Shown piece after piece: positions 36,758 through 50,207 of a DNA stretch of 64,000 bases (the stretch's first letter is position 1; every line of letters begins with the position of its first letter). The notes beneath the pieces are model-generated. The model was not told the DNA's origin. It searched no databases and worked only from the letters and a program-made list of their open reading frames with translations. Origin of the DNA: Phoronis australis (lineage: Eukaryota > Animalia > Phoronida); the NCBI GenBank assembly GCA_002633005.1, contig NMRA01000559.1, positions 124,001 to 188,000 on the forward strand. The letters are read 5' to 3'. The position numbers were made by a program, and so were the translations under genes.

Positions 36758-39700
36758 TGTCTTGTACTAAGCGACGGGGTGAATCAAATGCAGTCTGTGC
36801 ATACGTGTACAGCTCTAGTATCTCGTCAGAATTAGTAGGAGTTGTGCACTTTGTATATATTGTAATTGTGCTGAAACACGGTGTTGCTAAATTGTTGCAT
36901 GTTGAAACGGGTTGTTCTATATTTACCAAATGCTTTTTAGAAATAGATGGAATCACTTCAACATTTCAAAGTGCATTTTTCTGAGCGGGTCACCGTACGT
37001 CATCAGGGCTCTGTTGAAGAGTATATTTCACTAGGATTTCTAAAGCGACAGTTAGCGTTTCTTGTGCCGTCATTGGCTTTTCTCCTTCATATTTTGGCAG
37101 TTAGCAACAAGGCGCCCCCTGTCGGGAGGGGATATTCCGTCACGACAATATTCTTAATAGAGTTGCTGTTGGAGCATTAAAAAGCCACTCATTTAGAGAA
37201 TGGTCTCAAAAGAAGGGATCCATTTGTTGGGAGCTCACTTGAAAGTGTCGCTCTTTCGTAGAGTAATGTTTCAGTAACACCACCTTTTTCTGGGAACAAA
37301 CTGTATAACCCTTCTGAAGGGATTCTTGGACAGGTGTCTTTTTCGGCATAGCGTTTTCCTTCTGTAGATATTTCTGATTGCAAACGGCACCTTATCTTCT
37401 GGAAAGAGACCAGGCGAAGTGAATTTTGTCGGGACGGATATATTTTTGTAATGAAACTAGTGAAAGGTCACCCGTTTTAGCGCGAGGACGCGAAGGGGCA
37501 AGTCGCGCAATACCGCGTAAAATCATCCGAATGTTTTGCTAGTACGTTTAGAACCTTGCTAATACAACCCTGTCAAAATTCTGGCCACTGAAGTGAATAC
37601 ATTGGTTAGTGGGGTTGGAATCTTGAATTATGGGAGTCGAATTCACACCTTCTGTTTCGCCATAAAATGAAGATTACTGGTCACAAGTATTCAGTCGCGA
37701 CTGAGGGTCTTGCATCTGTAGAACGCAACCCGTGGCATGCGTTCCCGGCGTAGACGCACGATGCAAGAAAAGCGAATGTGATAGCTTTATTTGTTGTTTC
37801 GCTTGTATTCTATGAATATCTTAACGTCTTAACGTCTTGCGTTTTCCCGAGTTTTCACTTCGTATGCGATACGCCCGCAGAAACTCAAAACAACGCAGGT
37901 CTTAGCGAGATGCCGCCACATGTATTACAAGCAAAATAAAACACGCGATCATCCTAGCTTTGCATCCGAGGTTCAGTTGCGTCTCTACTCCGCGTTCCTT
38001 AATTTTTCGTCAGGAGGACGCAGTCGTTGTGTAACTGGACATACATGAGCAGTGGAGGATTTAGAGGGGGGCCATGGTCCCCTAAAATTCTCCCGGATTC
38101 CATTTGGAAGTTNGGCGAAGCCCTCAGACAGCTTCGCGAGATCGGAGGATCTCGCCTTCTGTCCTTGCTGGGTTGGTGTGGACGCGGATCGAAGGCAGGA
38201 CCTGGTAGGCCGGTGGTGGTAGAGGTGGTGTTCTTGATGTTCTTCTGGGGACGAGACTCTGGCTGGATGGCAACAGCGTTATTGACATCGTAGAGGTGTG
38301 ATTCACATGAAGCCGGCTTGATGGCAACAGCTGTCATGCTACTGCCCTGATCTGATGAGTTGTGTCTGATGTGTGCATTTTAACTCACTTTCCACTGAAG
38401 TCCAGTTTTAGTGCACTGATGTGCTTTTCGACCTTATACACTACGTTAGTAGTATGAAACGGATATCCGAGTCGAAATACCTACCCGCTACCAGCGAGGC
38501 TTCGTTCAAACATGTCAGTGGCTATGGTCCGGAGGTTCTCGTCCTCATCGGGGCACTGTCGCCCTCACGGCATTAGTCAGCAGACCAATGATATGCGCAG
38601 ACAATCGCTCGATCCCGGCGACGAGCCAAAATCAGTCCACCCGACAAACCCGGCCGGTCAAGACAGATACTGACTATATTTGTGACGCGCGGGGGTTCAC
38701 TGAGCTGGAAAATCGGGATACCCCCATTTAGAGAGTTTTGACCCGACTGGAGGGACTACATAAAAAGTTAACTCTTAATTTCCACGAAAGATTTTGTTCT
38801 AGAAACACCACTCTTCCGTAGGGATCAATTTTGTAAACTTGACCTTTCTGAAGCGACTTGATACTTAGGACAGGAATTTGGTCTTTGCTTCCATTTCGCA
38901 GTTACTGTAAAGGTTTAGTTGAGTCATGAGCGCAGTGCAGCCCAGAAATAATTAGCAGATATTATGTCAGTTACGGCCAAAGAGGCAGATCCAGGATTTT
39001 NACACACGCCAGATGTCTTGTACTAAGCGACGGGGTGAATCAAATGCAGTCTGTGCATACGTGTACAGCTCTAGTATCTCGTCAGAATTAGTAGGAGTTG
39101 TGCACTTTGTATATATTGTAATTGTGCTGAAACACGGTGTTGCTAAATTGTTGCATGTTGAAACGGGTTGTTCTATATTTACCAAATGCTTTTTAGAAAT
39201 AGATGGAATCACTTCAACATTTCAAAGTGCATTTTTCTGAGCGGGTCACCGTACGTCATCAGGGCTTTGTTGAAGAGTATATTCCACTTAATTGGATTTC
39301 TAAAGCGACAGTTAGCGTTTCTGGTACCGCCATTGGCTTTTCTCTTACATATTTTGACAGTTAGCAACAAGGCGCCCCTGTCGGGAGGGGATAGCTGTCG
39401 CGACAGTATTCTTAATATAGAGTTGCTGTTGGAGCATTAAAAAAACCACCCATTTAGAGAATAGTCTCAAAAGAAGGGATCCATTTGTTAGGAGCTCACT
39501 TGAAAGTGTCGCCCTTTCGTAGAGTAATGTTTCAGTATCACCACCTTTTTCTGGGAACAAACTGTATAACCCTTCCGAAGAGATTCTTGGACAGGTGTCT
39601 TTCGGCATAGCGTTTTCCTTCTGTAGATATTTCTGATTGCAAACGGCACCTTTTCTTCTGGAAAGAGACCAGGCGAAGTGAATTTTGTCGGAACGGATAT

Positions 39701-41071
39701 CTTTTTGTAAGGAAACTAGTGAAAGGTCACCCGTTTTAGCGCAAGGACGCGAAGGGGCAAGTCACGCAATACCGCGCAAAATCATCCGAGTGTTTCACTA
39801 GTACGTTTAAAACCTTGTTAATACAACCCTGTCAAAATTCTGGCCTCTGAAGTGAGCGCATTGGTTGGTGAGGTTGAAATCTTGAATTATGGGAGTCGAA
39901 TTCACACCTTCTGTTTCGCCATAAAATGAAGATTACTGGTCACAAGTATTCAGTCGCGACTGAGGGTCTTGCATCTGTAGAACGCAACCCGTGGCTGTGT
40001 CAGGTTCCCGGCGTAGACGCATGACGCAAGAAAGGCGAATGTGATTTTATTTGTTGTTTCGCTTGTATTCTATGAATATCTTAACGTCTTGCGTTTTCCC
40101 GAGTTCTCACTCCGTATGCGATACGCCCGCAGAAACTCAAAAACACGCAGGTCTTAGCGAGATGCCGCCACGTGTATTACAAGCAAAACACGCGATCATC
40201 CTACCTTTGCATCCGAGGTTCAGTTGAGTTTCTACTCCGCGTTCCTTAATTTGTCGTCAGGAGGACGCAGTCGTTGTGTAACTGGACATACATGAGCAGT
40301 CGCGGATTCTAAAACTCTCCCGGATTTCATTTGGCAGTTCAGGGGCGCGAATGTCTGACGGGCAAAATCCTGGCTAATATTCTGCCCTGGCCCCCCTAAT
40401 TCAAAATCCTGGATCCGCCCCTGGTGAGTTGTGTCTGACGTGTGCATTTTAACCCACTTTCCACTTCAGTTAAAAAAGAAGTCCAGTTCTAGTGCACTGA
40501 TGTGCTTTTTGACCCAATACACTACGTTAGTAGTATGAAACGCATATCCGAGTCGAAATACCTACCCGCTACCAGCGAGGCTTCGTTCAAACATGTCAGT
40601 GGCTATGGTCCGGAGGTTTTCGTCCTCATCGGGGCACTGTCGCCCTCACGGCATTAGTGCGCAGACAATCGCTCGATCCCGGCGACGAGCCAAAATCAGT
40701 CCACCCGACAAACCCGGCCGGCGGTCAAGACGGTACTGACTATATTTGTGACGCGCGGGGGTTCACTGAGCTGGAAAATCGGGATACCCCCATTTAGAGA
40801 GTTTTGACCCGACTGAAGGGACTACATGTATATGAAAAGTTAACTCTTAATTTCCACGAAAGATTTTGTTCCAGAAACACCACTCTTTCGCAGGGATCAA
40901 TTTTGTAAACTTGACCTTTTTGAAGCGACTTGATACTTAGGACAGGAATTTGGTCTTTGCTTCCATTTCGCAGTTACTGTAAAGGTTTAGTTGAGTCATG
41001 AGCGCACTACAGCCCAGAAATAATTTGCAGATATTATGTCAGTTACGGCCAAGGAGGCGGATCCAGGATTT
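36746..41071. repeat. Apparent tandem duplication of about 2.1-2.3 kb (36746-39000 / 39002-41071), joined by n
   Basis: Colinear near-identical copies with scattered SNPs and indels; single n at the 39001 junction. Confidence 0.9.
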
Positions 41072-41210
41072 TGAGTTGGGGGGGGGGCCTGCAGGGCAGA
41101 GTATTAGCCAGAATTTATTGCACCTCAGACATTCGTACCTCCGAACTGCCTAAATCTGAGTGAATTTTAGGGGGGCCATGGCCCTTGCCCCCCTCCTTAA
41201 ATCCGCCACT
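41053..41210. mobile_element. ggcggatccaggatttt...aaatccgccact MITE family
   Basis: Other copies or fragments at about 38050-38112, 38981-39000, 40297-40423, 47560-47620, 54651-54801 and 61851-61867. Confidence 0.75.
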
Positions 41211-41395
41211 TTATGACAAACTTTTTAAGTTTGTTCAAGTTCAGCTATATAGTTGAGCTAGCGCCAAGTTTCTGATTTTGGAAGTCAGGCACTTTTCATT
41301 AAACAGACTAGTCCACCAAAAAGGCAAGTTCCGTCGGCACGTACACTTCTCCAACGGGAGTGGGAGTATCCCTGAGACGATAAACTACCGAACAA

Positions 41396-41435
41396 CCTCC
41401 CCCCCCACCCCCCCCCCCCCCCCCCCCCCCCTCCC
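41396..41435 (-). repeat. Poly-C tract (G-quadruplex-capable on the minus strand)
   Basis: Near-pure C run of about 40 nt. Confidence 0.8.
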
Positions 41436-41569
41436 ATCCACACCCGCGCCACGAACACCTTACGTTGTCTTGGGATCAGCGTGCACAGAACTCATCAGGT
41501 GATTTTATGGCTTTCGCAGTCGTACCGAGTGAGCGAGCTGGTAAACAACGCACGGTTACAGAATTACAT

Positions 41570-41930
41570 TACATGACGTCAACAGTCAGATAGATTATAT
41601 GAACTCTTGTGCTTCCACACATTATGGCTTTTCATAAACAATCCGTGCGTCCACGTTTGATTGGTTAACTGAGACACACCTCCTAGATCACTTCTGTGAT
41701 TGGCCAATACGTTACACGCCCTTGACAGTAACACCTTGACATAGTTCACTGCCTTTACCAACCAACACAAAGGTCATCGTCTTCTAGTGTTTACATGTTG
41801 AACGTCATTGGCCGGCTCTCATCTGACCTCCAAAGTTATGTAGTTGGTTTGATCATCTGTTTTCTGTCGGAGTTTACCTTGAGTCACTAATACTTCACAC
41901 TTGGCATACAGAGAAACAGACTTCGTAAGT
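41570..41930 (+). promoter_or_regulatory. Putative promoter and non-coding first exon of regucalcin A
   Basis: TGACGTCA 41574, ATTGG/CCAAT boxes at about 41620, 41699-41708 and 41807, CAAAGGTCA 41768, TGACCT 41824, TGAGTCA 41880, consensus donor TTC|GTAAGT at 41924/41925; an unmatched acceptor sits just before the ATG at 45110. Confidence 0.5.
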
Positions 41931-44900
41931 ATGAAATTGCTTCGAAATGCTTGATTTTGTGATTAACATATCCAAGTGCTTGTTTTTTGATAAGTAAAAC
42001 CATTAGTAGCGGGAAATGTGACAGTCAGCTGTTTATTGTTCCCTGTCTATGTGAATAGGAATTCAAGGTCGTTCGGTAGAGGTCACTTGCGCTATGATTA
42101 CCAGAGTTTACTGCCGGGTTAAACCGTCAGCGAGTTTTGTCGCAAGTGGCTTTGCCACGCAAAATATCTCACGCATGTTTAATTTCTTTGCTAATATGGG
42201 AAATAGTGTTTTTTTTTAATTGTAAATAGTCTACTACCTTTTGTCTAGGCCTGCATTTTGTGTACATATATGCCTAGCCGGTACAATTTTTATACCCCTG
42301 ACGCAGTCATCCTTTTGAAGATGGGCCAATTAATTTTAACCTTCAACTCGCTGAATACGTTTCATCTGACCTTCCCAGGGTATTATTACTTAGTTGTCAG
42401 TCTCGCTAGTAAACTGCCTGTACTGTGGACGGAAGATGACGCAAGACCCGATACAAGATACTTGAGCTGTCACAAGGTGCCCTGGCGTCTTCACTGGAGC
42501 TCGGTAGTGACAGACTCGTGATAAAGCTGGCATGACTATTCTATGGGGTTTATCTGTTGCTATTCAGACAGTGCAATTCAGTTTAGACTTGTTTCTAGTT
42601 GGAACCAGTGGATTTCAATCTTTTTTGATTTGTTAATGACCGTGAACGTCATCAAACTTAGCAAAGAAGGCTAGCCAACTGAACAAGGGCACAGAACGGT
42701 CATTTAATTCAGCTATATAATTTGTTGGTATTCTTGATACCGGGCCGCGTAAAACGCTAGCAATTTTCAATCAGTCTATGGTCTTGTCAATCTTGTTTGC
42801 CAAGTTCAATGAACTCATATCAGGGGCGCTCGCATTTAGCCGATCACTGACAGCCTGCAGATGGGTACAGGATATAGATAAAGAAATCACATGGACGCCA
42901 TTTTGCAAACCCTAAAACCCAGACTTGGAACTTGACAAAACAAAACTAAAATCTGAAGTCTGTCACAAAAGAGCATTATCGACCATGAGATGCACAGTTT
43001 CGTTTGCACTCAATATCGACTCTCACACAATAAATGATGGCCCAGCGCAGGTGTGTCAACATATCAGTGTGTTGTGCTGGGCACTGAATCATGGAGGTAA
43101 TCACAAGTTGAAATCACACCAACCCGTCTTCCGTCACAAGAGCCAACTTTCTATTTAGGCCAACTGGTCTCAAGTTATTCCTTAATCAAAATAGGAGTGA
43201 CTTTTGGGCTGACTTGTCACGGCTTGTCATTTTGTTTGCTGAGCACGGTCTCGGGGAATAAGGAATTGCCAGTTCTTTTCGAGAACAAACATGACCAGCT
43301 CGTCTGAGTAAGGAATCAGTTGAAATCACTATTCTAGTAGTTTCAATCAAAAGTTGATTTCTTCAACGTCAACGCCTGCCCATTGCCGCTTCACCATGTA
43401 ACGCGCAACAATACGGATTATATATAGGTTTTACGTGGATCTGGCAAAAAAATGAAAACCCGTTTTGAACGCGTATTTTTGGAAGCGTTTATTTGGTCGG
43501 CAATAACCAAGAAAACCGAATTACGTTAGGTTGCTTTTGTCCATAGACACACTGGAAACTGTCTCTGTGTCTATGGTTTTGGTCTATGTTTTGATCGTGT
43601 TAGGCTAAAGACACGACTAGTGCGTTTCCATGGCTACCAAATTTTTATGATGATATCCACTTTAGATCCTTCATTAATGTGTGCAAATGTAATATTTATT
43701 TAGCAAGTGAGTCAATTTATACGCTGTAACTTCTTTCACCATTTCGGGTTGGCGCCTGTACCGAATAATGATAAGTTTTGACAAAATTCATGGTCCATTT
43801 AGTCATAACTTCTAGAAGGTTCATTTTAAAAATGGGAAAACTCGTTCAAGGTTACTTGCACGTTTTTGCAGTCAAATCAGTTTACGCTGTGGATAACGAA
43901 ATTGTCATTTTCTTGTCATTCTTCATCCGCCCCGTGAGAAAGTTAAAACGTCGTATACCTATGGATGGTGCCGCGGGTTTTAAAGGATCAAAACTCTAAA
44001 TGTTGGTAATAAACTTTAAAGCCTCGTTCCGTCCAAGAAGTGAACTTTTGATTCAAACCACTTATCTAGCCAAAGTCACGTGTTCTCATTAGAAATACAC
44101 GGTATTATCTCACGTAATCTCGCGAAGTCTTGCTTTACTGAACGGGAGGCTGGGTGTCAACGAACTGAGTTCCTTCCTAGCCCAGACTATGAGAAATCAC
44201 TTGAAATTTGTCCACGGAACAATTTGAGACCAATTTCACAATGGTCATCAAAAGTCGTTTTTGTGCTGTATGGTGAATTTATAGCCGCTTTAATTGTTTA
44301 AAATATTCAGGATAGTTTTTCCAGGTTGTACTTTACTAATTGACAGCGCTAATGGGGTTTAAACCATAAACACGCTCATGCAATCTTGAATTGTTGCTGA
44401 CCTGACTGTACCGTCAATTTCCGTTACCAGTTCAAATCATATAATAAGGCAATGCGTAAAAGTACCATTTTCGAATTCGTAATTCTAGGGTAGGCCAACC
44501 CCAAAAACACAAGCGTTTTTTATCATTGGTGATTTCGATGTTGAGCTCGCGCTTGAGAGCATACAGTTGTTTACGTAGCTCGTTCTTCAATCGTGTGGGC
44601 TTAGATATATAAACAAATCTCGCAAAATCTCGCCTGTGAAATCAACTGTTTCGTAACTAATTGCTATCGCTTAGTGACTTAGCACCTGCCCTAGTAAAAT
44701 GGCGGCCGTTGAAATTGGAATGTTGAATTACGGAATTTCAATTTGGTCGGGGGGGCTGTGGCGGAACGCAGTCCTACGACCTGTTCCTCCATAAAAGAGT
44801 CTATAGCCAAAAACCAGTTGATTTCTTGTTTTTCGGCATGTTATACGGCTCGCCACCTTCGGGTCAGTGTTGACAGATTTTTCAGGCTTATCCTTCGTAA

Positions 44901-45117
44901 ACTGATTTTAAAACAAAAGACGATAGACTACCGTCGAGAAACAGGCCGGCAGACACAACAGATGAACCATTCGACCAGTTTTAAAACCAGTTTAAGCCCA
45001 GATTAAGTCAGTTTAAACGCAGTTAAAATCATGTCGTTGCTAAATAGTCCATGTCAAATGCCACAGTTCAAATGACTTAAAAACAACCAGGTATTGATTT
45101 ATGATTTCAGAGTGACT

Positions 45118-45274
45118 ATGTCTGTATCAGCTGTCGTCAAAACAGGTGGTCCAGTGATTTGCGACGCCCCCTGTTGGGACGAAGAGACAAAGTCTCTTGT
45201 TTACGTTGATCGTTACAAAAATGCTGTCCATCGATGGAATTTGAACTCAAAAGAGGAAGAGTCATTAGCTCTGA
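45118..45274 (+). CDS. Regucalcin A coding exon 1
   Basis: MSVSAVVKTGGPVICDAPCWDEETKSLVYVD...; acceptor at 45110 lies 7 nt before the ATG. Confidence 0.88.
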
Positions 45275-48200
45275 GTAAGTGTCTGACGTAGTTAGTAGCA
45301 TTAAAAATAAATTTCTCGTATCAATTCTCAGAAACACGTTTTGTCGACGAAGCTGGCACTGTAATAGTATACTCCACAGACGGATCCACTGGAGGGGTCC
45401 GGACATCACTTTTTAACCGAAGCGGCAAACAAAAAATAGACGATTTCCGATTTCTATAGACCACTGGGCGCTGATATCAGGACACTTCATTTCATGTTTC
45501 TACTCATTGTTTTGTGATTTAGAATTCTCTTCAGAAACTTATCGTTTTACTTGGACCCCGCTTTCGTAAAAGCTGGATCCGCCTTCAATTTGTTATATTG
45601 GAAGATGCACCGATACTTCAACTTTCTTATTTTCATTGCAGAGGGCATCGTCTCGTTTGTTATTCCAAGTTCAAGCGGTGGTTACATAGTGGGACTAGAT
45701 GGAACAATCTGTTACCTCGAGTGGGAAACCGGGGCTACTGTCGCTTTGTTCGACGCAACTGACAACGGCTCGAGTGTTTATTTTAACGACGGAAAATGCG
45801 ATGCCTCCGGACGACTGTGGGCAGGTAGGTAACCAACTCTTTAAACGCCAGGCTACAATGTGTAAACCCGCGTTAGGCTATATACCCGCTTTAAGTCCAG
45901 GTAGTGAGCTTTTAATTTAGTACATTGCCGCTGTGAAACTGGTCTAAACTTGTTCTTTAGTCATATTTGAAGTGCTTTCTGGGTTTACAAATAACTGACA
46001 GATCGTTACTGTTTAATTTCCTTGAGGCCATGGTTGGCGTATAACATGAAACACCATGACAAGCCAACTTGAAGACTCTGGTATCTTGAATCCCTGAAAT
46101 CACCTCAAATTGTGGGGGGCAATGTGAGACTAACTTCATATTGTCTTAATCGAGGTTTGGTTTTTGTGATAGAAGGTATATGTACGTTTGTAGTCGTTGA
46201 AAACCGTATTTCTTTCAGTTGAATTATCCGAAAAATCAAACCAAGACGGCATACCCCTATAAAATCAATCTCGGAATTTCCTTACCCTGATGGGGCTTCA
46301 TTTCCGTTGCCACGAACGAAAAACGCCCATAACACATACGGTAAAAAGTCGGGAAATCATATGCATGGCTAATCCTTTCAAAATTCCGCGCTTAATTCAA
46401 TCCTGGGTTATCTCAATTTCAACTAATAGTTCAAAGACTTGGTATCGTGGCGAGAAAATTTACGAACCATATTTATTGATTTACTGTGTAAGCAGTGATC
46501 TAGAAAACGGAAAGGAATACGGGTGCTTCTTGTGGAGATTATGACCAGAAACCATTTTTCACAAGGTGTTCCGCTATTTTGCAGTTTCTTGTGTAACTGA
46601 GTTTCCTATTTGTTTCAAAGCGTTTCTGGCGAATGTTTTCTGAGTTTAAGATTTTAACTTAAGGATCGGAAGAAAATAAACCTTTATTATTCATCTCAAG
46701 AGAAACTCTAAAAGGCAATAAAGTACACTTTGAATGTTATGACGCTGTTTTAATCAGTCCCCAGTGGCCCTGTTTTGTGGTAGAGCCGTCATGTTTTTAG
46801 GAGTATCCGTGCCATGTTCTGGTCCTAAAGTCCCATTTGATCCTCCCAGGTCCTGTTTTGTGGCCAGTCTGTCCGATTTGGAGAACAGGTGGCCCTATTT
46901 TTGGTCCGGTGGTCATCTACAGTTGTGTCTCACCGGTGCTAATGATGTTGTTCAACAATCGAGTCCTTTTAAAACTACGTCACTTTCTTTTTTCCTGTGA
47001 AGAAGTTTATTTCAACAACCAACTAGTGACTGGTAGAACTATACCGTCTGTTACAGCTTCACTTCTTTTAAAGCTCTGAAATGGCTTCCAATTTGACTAA
47101 GGAACAATTAGACACGTCAAAAGTTGGCTTTTTTGATGGAAAATGGGATTATAGCCGCTTTTCAGTTGCTGAACCCGAGTTTAGTGAAAACGGCTAAACC
47201 GAACTTTTCGTATGTTTTAGGTTGAAACGAATCCTGGTCCTTGATCAGGGTATAAAAATACCCAAAGCTGCGAAATCATGCGTTCTTTAAGAATAATTGT
47301 CGAGAAAATTACTCATTGTCCCAGAAAAATCAGACTGCGAGTGCACGCGGCTTTGGGGATTTTTTGTACCCGAATCAAAGGTCTACGTTTTCAGTAAGGG
47401 GGTGGTTTAGGATTCGCGAGAATCCGAGGCGCGTAGCGCCGAGCGGGGGAAAGTCGGGAGGTTGTTTCTCCCCCTTCCGTGTAAGATTTTTTCTTTTTTG
47501 GTTTTTGTAGCTGATTTCGTTTTCCTGGCAACGCTTTTTTTAGTTTTGATTTTTGATCATGTCCTAGAGGGGGGGTTAAACCCCCTGAATCCACCCCCGC
47601 CCCCCGTAGATCTGCCACTGCCGATAGCATATCTGCTTACAAGTTGTACTGGCAAGCAAGAACAATAATATTGAAAACGAGGCTTAACATTTTGTCATTG
47701 CCACTTACAATTATGGTATTTTAGTGAACACTTTCTGTTGCTGAGATCGGGACCATCGCGAGTGAAAGTTAAAGACTTGCGCGAACTGGGTAAATTCGCA
47801 CTAAGCCTCACTGATAGCACCCTGGGTAGTGTTGTCTAGTCTACTTAGTATTTGGCCTCACTGCTGGGCATGTGGCAGAAATCTAACTTCCGGTTCCTGC
47901 AACAAGAATGAAATCCGGGAATTTTTTTTGTAGCCACAAGAAACTCCAAAGGCGTCGACGAAACGAGCAGAGGCAGTCTATACTGTATGCGTAGGAGCGG
48001 ACGCACGGATAAGAAGATCGAAAATCTTGAATCATCGGCGGGTATAACTTGGAGCAACGATAACACAATTATGTACAGATCAGACCCTTTCAGGAGGAAA
48101 ATCTACGCGTTCGACTTCGACTTTGTCTATGGCGAAATAGGTAGGGTGATGTTTCTTTAAAGTTACGTAGGACCTTATTGGCAGGTTTGCGTATTAGTCA

Positions 48201-50207
48201 AAAATCTGCAACACTGCAGGTTTTACCTCTGTAAAAGTGTGTATTTTCTTGAAGTAGAAAACGTTGATGAGATATAAAAAGCGCTGTACAGTTACAGTTT
48301 TCTAAAAGTTTTTTTCGTTTTCTTTCTATGCAACTTTTTTTTTCATGAATAACATAAAAAGTACTATTTTTACAGCCCCTCGTGCAAAATGAAACATTCT
48401 AAAACGGTTCCTTACTGCGTTTTGGAGAACCGTGCTTAAAACATAATATCTAAAAGGTTCCTATGAATCCAATTTTCCGGTTTTGAGATATGATGTTCTG
48501 AAATTCGCCTTATACGGACATTTTTCTAGGGTCCTACATAATCTTGAGTGGAGCTCCGTCTAAGAAGCTTAATTTATCTAGATCACTTACGACTATGAAA
48601 TTTGTCTAACTTTCAGGGTGTTCCATAGAAACAAGAACCCCGGTGTAAAACGGATATCCTGAAGTCGAAAACAGACTCCCCCATCTTCAAAACGGCTAAC
48701 AAGTCCGAAAAACAGGAACCCCGACTTTTAAAACAGGATCCCGGGGATGGGACAGGAAACCCGGGCAATTTTTTTTGGTCCCCGTGTTTCCTGTCCGATC
48801 CCCGGGATTTCTGTTTTAAAGGTCGCGGTTCCTGTTTTTCGGATTTGTTAGCCGTTTTGAAGGTGCGGGAGTCTGTTTACGACTCCGGGATATCTCTTTT
48901 ACACCGGGGTCCCTGTTTCGATGGAACACCCTGACTTTGTTCCTTAATTTGATGTGAAGTGATTTTTGGGTTTGCAAAGAAGTAACTGTCTTCATTCATT
49001 GAGACCACGTGATACAAGCTTGGTCTCAATAACAAACCGTCAGTTCAATCGAAGCCCTGAAGTCACCTCCAATTTGACTACGGAACAATTTGAGACCTGC
49101 TCCATTTTCATAACGGCATGGTGGCCTAACTCAAGTTGTTTTTTGTGACGAAAGTGGGCTTACAGGCGCTTTTACCTGTAAATTAAGAAAAAATTGGTTA
49201 TACCTGTGAAGAAATCTGTTTCTAGCACAAAAATGGTTTCAACGAATTAGCTAGCGTGTTACCATTTAATGAAGGTCACGTGAAATTCACCTTGCTTTTG
49301 CTATGCTAAGCAAATACCATTTCGTGTGATTTTACAGCGTTGGATAATAAGAGAACTGTGATCGATTTCACAAAAAACAAGACTTTAGAGGACGGCCATC
49401 CACGTGGTTTGTGTTGCGATGCAGACGGTAAACTGTGGGTGACATTTGACGAGGCTGGCAAGATAGTCCGATATGACCCGATAACAGGTGGGTATTATAA
49501 ATATCTATGGTACCAATTCAAGTTTTAATTCTTTATTTAAGTGGAAGAGTCCTCTTCCTGTTCCGTGATAAATAAACAAGCTCACGAATAAGAAATGATC
49601 AAAATAGCTGCGGAGAGGCGTCTGCAACGTTACGAATATTTATTTGCAAACATTTGAGCCGAATCGGTTACAACCTGCTTTCTTGCATGTATTCTGTCAG
49701 TTGAAACGGTTTAAGTTTAAAAACCCTATTTCACCACTGGAGTTAAAGTTACACCCCTATGACGTTGTAGTTGGCCGCCGTGGTGAAGTCTATTTCCTGC
49801 CGGTTTGCCAACGGGATGAATTTTTGGTGAACGGAAATAACGAAAAATAACCTCCGTCATCATTGGTCCACCGTAGAATCTCGGGTCGAGAACGAAGGTT
49901 TCACGATAGTTCAACTTATCAACTAGGTTCTCCATGAAAATGTATGACGAACATTTTATGTTACCGTTGTTCAATTAATCTTTGCTTATTCGCAGGTGAA
50001 CGCTTGCGGGAAATTAAACTTCCCGTTAAAAACGTCGTGTCGTGCTGCTTTGGCGGAGAAAATCTGGACGAGATGTACGTCACCACAGCATCGAATGACG
50101 TGGCAAATGGCGACCAAACGTCTGCTTCCATATACAGGATTACTAACTTGGGAATCAGCGGAGAGCCTGTCTCATGTTGTCTTATGGACGGAACGAAATC
50201 TCCGTGA
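45118..50207 (+). CDS. RGN: Regucalcin/SMP-30 (gluconolactonase/LRE family) paralog A, divergent, metal ligands lost
   Basis: join(45118-45274,45642-45824,47934-48140,49338-49487,49996-50207) = 909 nt, 302 aa, four phase-1 GT-AG introns, no stops. Motifs [46 protein letters not shown]. Confidence 0.9.
45642..45824 (+). CDS. Regucalcin A coding exon 2
   Basis: GIVSFVIPSSSGGYIVGL...[16 protein letters not shown]. Confidence 0.92.
47934..48140 (+). CDS. Regucalcin A coding exon 3 (missed by the ORF track)
   Basis: ATRNSKGVDETSRGSLYCMRRSGRTDKKIENLESSAGITWSNDNTIMYRSDPFRRKIYAFDFDFVYGEI. Confidence 0.88.
48614..48933. mobile_element. Foldback MITE (arms of about 150 bp) with 5-bp TSD
   Basis: ACTTT-CAGGGTGTTCCAT...ATGGAACACCCTG-ACTTT; almost the whole element is an inverted repeat. 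Confidence 0.85.
49338..49487 (+). CDS. Regucalcin A coding exon 4
   Basis: ALDNKRTVIDFTKNKTLEDGHPRGLCCDADGKLWVTFDEAGKIVRYDPIT. Confidence 0.9.
49996..50207 (+). CDS. Regucalcin A coding exon 5
   Basis: GERLREIKLPVKNVVSCCFGGENLDEMYVTTAS...TKSP*. Confidence 0.92.

Noticed and set aside
36735-39608. Repeated ORFs (MIPSISKKHL..., MSCTKRRG...) as a duplicated gene
   Set aside because: They recur only because the DNA is duplicated; neighbouring frames are broken by indels between copies and no domain is recognisable.
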